Shown: positions 57,803 to 64,000 of the stretch, piece after piece
Layout: every line of letters starts with the position of its first letter
How positions within the stretch are numbered: the first letter of the stretch is position 1
Assembly (NCBI GenBank): GCA_025062295.1
Contig: JANXAJ010000004.1
Span: forward strand, 5,008 to 69,007
Direction of reading: 5' to 3'
Length of the DNA stretch: 64,000 nucleotides
DNA from: Bacteroidia bacterium
Lineage (GTDB): Bacteria > Bacteroidota > Bacteroidia > SpSt-205
Program-made: the position numbers and the translations under genes
The notes under the pieces: generated by a model
What the model was told of the DNA's origin: nothing
The model's input: the letters and a program-made list of their open reading frames with translations, nothing else
Database searches by the model: none

Positions 57803-58139
57803 TTTATGCATGCTCCTTGAAGGTTTGAAAGCTACAGAATTAGGTAGATTGGGCAAGGAGAATTTAGCTACTCCCTGCCCGAAGCTGCTGCTACTATCCA
57901 CTCAAGAATGTGCCACTGCGTTTGATTACGAATCTTAGCGAATAGACAGGTTTTTCCGCGACCCAAGCCTCACTAAAAAAGATCCCCTTGTAGCTTGTGG
58001 GAAGTGGAGGCCTCACTACCTTGCCGAGGCTAAGTAGGAAAGATGAGCGCACATTGAAAGAGCGGAAGACCACATCTTCAAAGCAAGGGCCTACCTTTAC
58101 GAAACTTTATAGACGAATGGCAGGACAAAAAGTATCTAC

Positions 58140-61100
58140 TCAGGGCATGTAGAAGCGATGTACCTGTATTTGATCTCCTCTCCAGAGGCGTATAATGTAG
58201 AGGGTGCCGCGCAGGATTGGAAGCGTCTGATTGCCGTGTCCCCTATACACTATGCGCCCAAGAGGATCCACTACCTCTGCCCAGCTTACTTCCCCAATAG
58301 AGAGGCTAGAGCCATCAGAAGACACTGAGATGAGACTCGTGGGTCGCTCCTGGACAGAGAGAGGTATATCACATCGCCCCCTGCACCCTGAAGGAAGATG
58401 GATAAGAGTAACTTGAGCCAGGTAAACACCTGGACTCGTATAGGTATAACTCAAGTTAGCTGGCAGAGTGTTTATGTTTTGATTTTGCGGGGGGAGCCCA
58501 GCTCCTGGCAGCCATTCCACAGCAAAGGGGCCGCTTGGCAGCCCATTCCCACTTATAGATAAGGTTAGAGGCTCATTTGCATAGCTGGGTGTGGGAGACA
58601 CAGTGCAGCTGAGCCCCTTCATTTGGACTACTTCAACTGGGCGATCTTGGCTATAGACCACCGGAGCCCCCCCACTCAAACGCACTAAGTAAGAGCCTCC
58701 ATTCATTTCATCATCAAGGATACAACTGATAGGACTAACAGTGCCTGTACAGAGAGGAGTCCAATTTGAGGACCCAGCTGGGGCTATTTCCACTGTGAAA
58801 GTCGTATTGGAGGGAAAGCCTATAGCTTGAAACGGTATCGTGATACCCCCCCCTGCACACACTGGAGAAGCTACTGCTCCAATAATGAGTGTGGGACCCG
58901 TGGAGGCCGTAACCGTTATGGTCTGGAGACAAGTGTAACTGCACCCCCCGACACTCACTGTGAAGCTTGCTGTGTAAGTCCCCGCCGTAGTGTAGGTATA
59001 GGATACAGTGGCAGGCAGCCCCCCAGGGAGGGCATAAGTGAAGTTTTGAGCAGGACTACCATCACCCGCTGAGAAACTCACATTTAGATTTCCGCTGCTG
59101 GGAAGGTTAGTCCCACTCAGAGCAAAACTTACTGCCTGCCCTGCCACAATCGTAGCAGCAGAAGGTGTGCAAGTAAACCCATTTAGATTGATAATTTCAA
59201 CACTTGCCGTATTGCTTTGAGCGCTACTGGATACCACCTGAAGGGTGTAACTGCCTGAAGGAATGTTCGAGGGAATGGAAAGAGAGATTGGGCTGCTACT
59301 TCCCGATGCACTAGCTATCAGTGCGCCCCCACCACCTCGGAGCTCAGCAGTGAAGGAGGTTCCAGGAGGAAATCCGGCTGCAGTGAAAGGTACATTCACT
59401 GAACTCCCCGCACATGCAGGGCTGGAGACAGGACCTAAGGTGAGCACTGGATTCACGGTGATACTCTGGGTACAGGTGAGAGTACAACCTGGCGCCGGAA
59501 GGCTTAAGGTGAAAGTAACGGTATAGGTTCCAGCTTGTGTATATGTGTGAGTGAAGGTCTGTGGAAATGTGTTCACATTTGGCACCGTCTGGGGAGGGCT
59601 CCCATCGCCTGGATTCATCGTTACCGTTACAGGAAGAGGAGAGAGAGGCGTAAGATTAACAGAGAGCGAGACCGCTGCCCCAGCATTAGCAGGAGAGGGG
59701 GTGGCGCTACACGTAACTGAGAACGAACTAAGATTCAGTACATCCAAGGTAAGGGTATTACTAGTAGTGGGGGGAGTAGTGTTTGCTTGAACTTGAACAG
59801 TATAGGATCCTGAAGCTGTCCCAGATGGCACATTGAGAGTGATAGGACTCGGACCACTCCCAGAAGCTATGACAGTGAGCCCACTGAGAAGCTGAGCTGT
59901 GTATTGAGTGCCCGGAGGAAATCCCGAGGCAGTGTAGTTTACTTGCACACTACCGCCCGCACATACCTGGCTGTGAGAGAGACTATTGAGAGTAAGAGTA
60001 GGTCCTGAAGCGACGGTAATAACTTGCTGACAGCTGTAACTGCAGCCACCAAGGCTTGCGGTGAAGGTTGCTACATAGTTACCAGGATCAGTGTAAGTGT
60101 GCGTATGAACAGCAGGAAGTTGTCCAGGGAGGGTATAGCTCAGATTGGTTATTCCACTTCCATCGCCAGGATCAAATGAGACGGTTAGAGTGCCTGAAGT
60201 GGGAAAACCTACTCCTCCACTAAGCGTGAAGTTGACAGCATCCCCAGGCTGGATCGTGGTCGCATCAGGGGTACAAGTGAAGCTAGAGAGGTTGATGACC
60301 TGAATGGCTTGACTGTTACTTTGAACCGAGCCTGACACTACTCGAGCCGTATAGGTGCCACTTGGAAGACTCGCTGGTATAGTGAGACTAATCGGACTTG
60401 TACTACTGCTCGCAGAGGTGAGAGTAACATTATTAGAAGCATCAAGAAGCTCTACCTGAAAACTTGGGCTTCCCGCAAAGCCTGAATGAGTAAAACTGAC
60501 GGAGAGCTGACTACCAGCACACACAGGTGAAGGAGAGACACTTGTTAGGGTAATGGTCGGACTGCTGGGAACTGTCGCAATCACACCGATATCATCAACG
60601 ATAAAGGGAGGGTCGTTATTAGCTCCAAGTTGATTGACGAAGCGAAGTCCAATATACACCGTGGTTGGCGGTGCCACCGGAAGAAGCAAAGTATCCGCAT
60701 TCCACTGCTGCCAAGCACCAGAGGCAGTGTAGAAGAGCGTGGAGTTAGTTACACTGGAAGTGAGGGGCGTCCATGGACCATTAGGACTAGTCGTAGAGTA
60801 GAGAACCTGCCCGTAAGCACTCGTATTTCCATAACATATCCAGAAAAGAGTCAGACGGACATTAGTGGCACCGGCGGGTATGGCGACACCCGTAGTGTAT
60901 TTTGCAAAGTAGGTTTCATCTTGAACACCCGGATTACCAGCTGCCGTGAAAGAGGCTGTTGGCTGCGGTGGCGGGGCACAACACTGATACCCACTAAAGC
61001 TAATGTGAATGAACTCAGAATTCGGTGCCCCACTTATGGAAGGCGGCTGAGAAGGAATCGGCGAAGGAGGCGCTGAAACTGGAATACAAAGAGCAAATCC

Positions 61101-61316
61101 AGCACAAGAGAAAGGCACATTTACAGTATGAGAGGCATAGTGTGCTCCAATCCGCCACATGTTATTGGAAGCAGGGGGACTCACTCCCCCCATATCAGAG
61201 GTGTTGAGCTGCCAGCCAGGAGGGGGATTGCTCGTACTACTGCCATTGAAATCTTGGAAATAGAGAGTCGTGACCTGAGCGCAAGCCAGCCCAAGGCAAA
61301 ATACGGCGTACCGCAC
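58140..61316 (-). CDS. Secreted multi-domain surface protein: N-terminal jelly-roll-like domain, 4 tandem (Ig-like + PKD) modules, T9SS CTD
   Basis: PKD signatures (DPGDGSG..HTYTDPGNYVATF and similar) occur four times. The C-terminal ..VVDPLGRIVYRG..GTLYIIRLWRGDQIQVHRFYMP is CTD-like. GTG 61316 (MRYAVFCLGLACAQ) is preferred because a TATCTTTG box lies 4 nt upstream. Confidence 0.8.
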   Translation of the reverse strand: MRYAVFCLGLACAQVTTLYFQDFNGSSTSNPPPGWQLNTSDMGGVSPPASNNMWRIGAHYASHTVNVPFSCAGFALCIPVSAPPSPIPSQPPSISGAPNSEFIHISFSGYQCCAPPPQPTASFTAAGNPGVQDETYFAKYTTGVAIPAGATNVRLTLFWICYGNTSAYGQVLYSTTSPNGPWTPLTSSVTNSTLFYTASGAWQQWNADTLLLPVAPPTTVYIGLRFVNQLGANNDPPFIVDDIGVIATVPSSPTITLTSVSPSPVCAGSQLSVSFTHSGFAGSPSFQVELLDASNNVTLTSASSSTSPISLTIPASLPSGTYTARVVSGSVQSNSQAIQVINLSSFTCTPDATTIQPGDAVNFTLSGGVGFPTSGTLTVSFDPGDGSGITNLSYTLPGQLPAVHTHTYTDPGNYVATFTASLGGCSYSCQQVITVASGPTLTLNSLSHSQVCAGGSVQVNYTASGFPPGTQYTAQLLSGLTVIASGSGPSPITLNVPSGTASGSYTVQVQANTTPPTTSNTLTLDVLNLSSFSVTCSATPSPANAGAAVSLSVNLTPLSPLPVTVTMNPGDGSPPQTVPNVNTFPQTFTHTYTQAGTYTVTFTLSLPAPGCTLTCTQSITVNPVLTLGPVSSPACAGSSVNVPFTAAGFPPGTSFTAELRGGGGALIASASGSSSPISLSIPSNIPSGSYTLQVVSSSAQSNTASVEIINLNGFTCTPSAATIVAGQAVSFALSGTNLPSSGNLNVSFSAGDGSPAQNFTYALPGGLPATVSYTYTTAGTYTASFTVSVGGCSYTCLQTITVTASTGPTLIIGAVASPVCAGGGITIPFQAIGFPSNTTFTVEIAPAGSSNWTPLCTGTVSPISCILDDEMNGGSYLVRLSGGAPVVYSQDRPVEVVQMKGLSCTVSPTPSYANEPLTLSISGNGLPSGPFAVEWLPGAGLPPQNQNINTLPANLSYTYTSPGVYLAQVTLIHLPSGCRGRCDIPLSVQERPTSLISVSSDGSSLSIGEVSWAEVVDPLGRIVYRGHGNQTLPILRGTLYIIRLWRGDQIQVHRFYMP
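58347..60560 (-). repeat. Four tandem ~555-nt (about 185-aa) coding repeats inside the PKD protein gene
   Basis: The modules start at aa 265, 451, 636 and 820 (numbered from the ORF-track start). Each has ..CAG(G/S)..F..(S/A)GF(P/A).. plus SGSYT..V..S, then NLSSFTCTP.. and GDGS..Y(T/S)YT..G.Y. The repeats are diverged at the DNA level. Confidence 0.8.
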
Positions 61317-61320
61317 AAAG

Positions 61321-61328
61321 CAAAGATA
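61321..61328 (-). promoter_or_regulatory. -7 promoter box TATCTTTG (PKD/T9SS surface protein)
   Basis: Perfect TAnnTTTG, 4 nt before GTG 61316. The arrangement TATCTTTG-cttt-GTG is nearly identical to gatB (TATCTTTG-ttct-GTG). Confidence 0.5.
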
Positions 61329-61354
61329 GGAGTTTTCATCCAAGGCTAACATCT

Positions 61355-63025
61355 ATGCAGACCACACTTGTACCTGCCACTCAAGAAAACTTGTCCTTTG
61401 AAGAATTTTGTACTTACTTAGCCTCCACTCATCCTATGATCAAGCGTAGGCTTGGCGTTTTTATTCTCGGCGTGGGGATAGGTATGCTCCACTTTATCAT
61501 AAAGGTCTATGTTGAGAGGGGATGGAATGATAACTATCTCTACATAGAGGATGCTTTGTGTTCAATAAGGCAAGCAGCTAATCTCATCTATTGTGGCAGC
61601 CTAAATCAGCAGATTCGCCCTTCTCATATCCCTCAGATCCCACCAGAGGTATGGCAGATCGTGGAAAAGAATAATAGCGGCGCCTGTTCTCCCCCATATG
61701 GATGCTACTTTGGTCGCACGATCCTCATAGGGATTCCATTTGTCCTTATAGTAGATGGGCTCAACCTAACGAGCAAGCAGGCAGCCAGGCTTTATACCCT
61801 CATGATCGGATTTTACGCTGTTGTGAATACAGGGCTGATATTTCTCCTACTACACATTTTACTCTATCCAACCCATAAGTTAATCTATTATGCTGGGCTT
61901 GGTGGCTTATGCATCATACCATTCTATTCTGGCTATTTCACTCTTTCCCACCAAATAGTATTCACCTTATCTCTTATCACGATGTCAATTCAAAATTCAG
62001 CGGTATATTCATGCTTATCCGTTCTATTATCTATCTTCTCTTACTTCACGGATTGGAAAAACATGCCGTATGCACTCTCTGTACCCTTTATATGGCTGAT
62101 CGCAAATGGTAAGAGAAAGTTATACCTACCTATATTCTTCTTTGTGGTATGGAGTATCGTTCAGGTAAGCTGGAGCCTATTTATCTATAGCCATACGTGT
62201 AGGTGGGCAATTGCAAGTACTCACACAAGCTTCAGGTACTATTCCTGCGATGGATACAGGGAAATGTGCTACAATACCAAGGAATACTTTGATTACCTCA
62301 GTGCTAAGATGCTAGACCTTCAAGCTTTCTTTGGACTTCCTCATGGAAACCAACCTCACAACAAGTCTCTCTCTACCTGTATATCTCTACATGTGAATAA
62401 AAAAGAAGAGAAGACTATTCTAACCTGCGACCTTCAATTCCCATATCTTCCAGAATGGGCTTTCTCCGAGGAATTCAGCATAGATGAATGGCAGAGAACT
62501 CTTCATCTGATAGGCATAGCAATGGACACCGAATTGCCAGACAGCCTGATAATTAGGTACTCTAAATTAGCCTGTCAAAACATAGATAAGCTCATGGCTG
62601 CTGTCAAAAGACAAGCATACATAAGGCTTTTGCTCTATCGCTGGTCTAACGTGATTTTCTACAATATGTTTCACTACATCCACTACATCAAGACCTTGAA
62701 AGACCCTGCCCTATCAAGAGACAGGCTTCCTAAATGGACGAAGGTCCTATATTTTAGATATGCTCAGGTGTTCCTACCCCTGATCCACTCAGTAGGGCTT
62801 GTTCTCAGCCTTGTTCTTATTTATTTAGTCATTGCGCGCAAGGTCTCTTCTCATGAGACCCTAATAGCCCTCCTTCTTCTCTCAGGCACATGGGGATATC
62901 TTATACCTCCTCTGCTTACAGGTCACTCGGAATGGAGATACTTCTTTCACACCCAGATTATGCTCATAATAGTTTCTGCGTATGCCGTCCATATCCTCAC
63001 TCAGAGGTCTGCAAGCCAAGCATAA
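61355..63025 (+). CDS. Polytopic membrane protein, GT-C-like (hypothetical)
   Basis: 556 aa with >10 predicted TM helices. The N-terminal loop YLYIEDALCSIRQAANL is paralogous to LLTDDAMISMDYARSL of the next gene. Local GC is low. The start is uncertain (61355, or 61436 MIKRRLGVF). Confidence 0.6.
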   Translation: MQTTLVPATQENLSFEEFCTYLASTHPMIKRRLGVFILGVGIGMLHFIIKVYVERGWNDNYLYIEDALCSIRQAANLIYCGSLNQQIRPSHIPQIPPEVWQIVEKNNSGACSPPYGCYFGRTILIGIPFVLIVDGLNLTSKQAARLYTLMIGFYAVVNTGLIFLLLHILLYPTHKLIYYAGLGGLCIIPFYSGYFTLSHQIVFTLSLITMSIQNSAVYSCLSVLLSIFSYFTDWKNMPYALSVPFIWLIANGKRKLYLPIFFFVVWSIVQVSWSLFIYSHTCRWAIASTHTSFRYYSCDGYREMCYNTKEYFDYLSAKMLDLQAFFGLPHGNQPHNKSLSTCISLHVNKKEEKTILTCDLQFPYLPEWAFSEEFSIDEWQRTLHLIGIAMDTELPDSLIIRYSKLACQNIDKLMAAVKRQAYIRLLLYRWSNVIFYNMFHYIHYIKTLKDPALSRDRLPKWTKVLYFRYAQVFLPLIHSVGLVLSLVLIYLVIARKVSSHETLIALLLLSGTWGYLIPPLLTGHSEWRYFFHTQIMLIIVSAYAVHILTQRSASQA

Positions 63026-63195
63026 TTCCTATCCCTTATTGAGAAATAAGGAGTTAGGCATTCATCTGAACCGAAGCAAAATACCCTGACCTCGGCACAG
63101 TCCCCTTGGCAGCCACTGCTACTTAGCACGCCATGGCAAGGACTTCTTTCAATCTCGGCGCAGATTAGATCCTTTCAAAGAGCACTGGTGCAGTC

Positions 63196-63203
63196 TATCT
63201 TTG
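63196..63203 (+). promoter_or_regulatory. -7 promoter box TATCTTTG (terminal GT-C-like gene)
   Basis: Perfect TAnnTTTG, 6 nt before ATG 63210. Confidence 0.5.
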
Positions 63204-63209
63204 TCCCGC

Positions 63210-64000
63210 ATGCAGAAGGTTTTTTCCAGCTTTCGGCTACCCCTCTTCATAGCTTTTCTGATAGCTCTCTGGTTTATCTTCTTTTTTCTCATCCAGAGGG
63301 ATGAGCACGGACATTTTATTCGCTTTCTTCTCACAGACGATGCTATGATCTCCATGGACTACGCACGCAGCCTGATACAAGGGTGCGGTCTCGTATGGTA
63401 CTGTGGAGCTGATAAAGTAGAAGGCTTTACAAATCCCCTCTGGGTACTTTATATGGCATTCTGGCATCTCTGTGGCATACCCAGAGATATTATAGCTCTA
63501 CCCATCATTCTCACTGGATTCATCACGCTTTCTTTTCAATTTGCTTATGCAAGACAGCTTTTTTCGCTTTACTTGTCCCCGCAGGGTACCTTGCTCGCAA
63601 GCTGGATTGTGGCTCTTTTCCCGCCTCTTACGCTATGGCACTTCATGGGTTTAGAAACAGGTGCAATCTTGACATTAGGGATTTACCTTAGTCTCAAGGC
63701 AGCTCAAAGCTCAGTTCCTGACTGGCGAGTCCTTCTTGCTACCGCTGTAGGACTTCTTCTGCGAATGGATTTTTTAGTACCAGCCTTGTCTATCGGGCTT
63801 TTCTGGTCCTATAGAACGAAAAAATGGGCTCCGCTCCTTTCTTTCTCCTTGATCACTTTCCTAACCTTGGCCCTCTTGACAATAGGGCGTTGGATGTACT
63901 ATAAGACTTTGCTGCCTAATACCTACCAGCTTAAGGTGGCCTCAGTTCCTTTGGTTCTCCGAGTGGTAAATGGATTAGCCACCCTGATTGGAAGTGTGGG
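63210..64000 (+). CDS. Polytopic membrane protein, GT-C glycosyltransferase-like, 3'-truncated by the window edge
   Basis: Absent from the ORF track because it has no stop. The frame is open from 63090 to the window end, with the first ATG at 63210. Translation: MQKVFSSFRLPLFIAFLIALWFIFFF..LLTDDAMISMDYARSLIQGCGLVWY..GFTNPLW.. followed by successive TM helices. A TATCTTTG box lies 6 nt upstream. Confidence 0.6.
   Translation, partial: MQKVFSSFRLPLFIAFLIALWFIFFFLIQRDEHGHFIRFLLTDDAMISMDYARSLIQGCGLVWYCGADKVEGFTNPLWVLYMAFWHLCGIPRDIIALPIILTGFITLSFQFAYARQLFSLYLSPQGTLLASWIVALFPPLTLWHFMGLETGAILTLGIYLSLKAAQSSVPDWRVLLATAVGLLLRMDFLVPALSIGLFWSYRTKKWAPLLSFSLITFLTLALLTIGRWMYYKTLLPNTYQLKVASVPLVLRVVNGLATLIGSV

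Noticed and set aside
57810-57860. Double-glycine bacteriocin leader in the 42-aa ORF
   Set aside because: The motif ends in GK rather than GG/GA/GS, and the adjacent ABC protein has no catalytic Cys to cleave such a leader. I kept it only as a low-interest candidate.
58092-58099. TACCTTTA box in the convergent spacer, pointing into the 3' end of the PKD gene (possible antisense RNA)
   Set aside because: It is a 7/8 match only. Only an 11-codon ORF follows it, and about 30 chance occurrences of a 6-position motif are expected in a window of this size.
457-61349. Numerous 60-180-aa ORFs antisense to or out of frame within large genes (e.g. 1561-1905, 13197-13511, 19551-20051, 23263-23808, 34062-34511, 48612-49166, 60630-61076)
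   Set aside because: They are shadow ORFs inside confidently assigned genes. Their composition is biased (R/S/P-rich) and they have no motifs or promoter boxes.
1-64000. CRISPR arrays, rRNA genes, transposases/IS elements, prophage or known defence-system genes
   Set aside because: I looked for short direct repeats with regular spacing, and for integrase, transposase or nuclease/helicase signatures among the ORFs, and found none. The unexplained spacers I examined are all under 270 nt.

Overview
This is a dense, mostly housekeeping chromosomal segment of a Bacteroidota-type genome. The phylum assignment rests on four secreted proteins ending in T9SS (Por) C-terminal sorting domains, a PorZ-like double-propeller protein, the zapA-rny and SurA/PpiC gene neighbourhoods, and many TAnnTTTG -7 promoter boxes. 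I support about 52 protein genes. They include dxs, rny, rsmE, pbpC, pabB, ugd, waaA, udk, ahcY, holB, dapD, aroE, gatB, a lat-like aminotransferase, M1/M32/M43 peptidases and two ABC exporters. There is one tRNA (anticodon CAT). I saw no rRNA, CRISPR array, transposase, integrase or recognisable defence or toxin module. The window starts inside a giant adhesin gene and ends inside a membrane-protein gene missing from the ORF track. I did not find a convincing novel multi-gene system. The observations most worth follow-up are: (1) -7 promoter boxes lie only 4-9 nt from start codons at 16 genes, which implies largely leaderless expression and forces several gene-start corrections; (2) a perfect 18-nt palindrome of two face-to-face -7 boxes lies between ugd and its divergent neighbour; (3) an OsmC-family CDS has its TTG start 1 nt after the tRNA 3' end; (4) an ABC exporter + HlyD pair has an NBD that is non-canonical at four catalytic motifs and a Cys-less N-terminal domain, followed by a 42-codon ORF; (5) there are several lineage-specific orphans: a 726-aa secreted protein, and a secreted-orphan / orphan / TetR operon; (6) the last ~2.7 kb is low in GC and carries two paralogous GT-C-like membrane proteins. 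All functional calls come from motif recognition by eye, not database searches.
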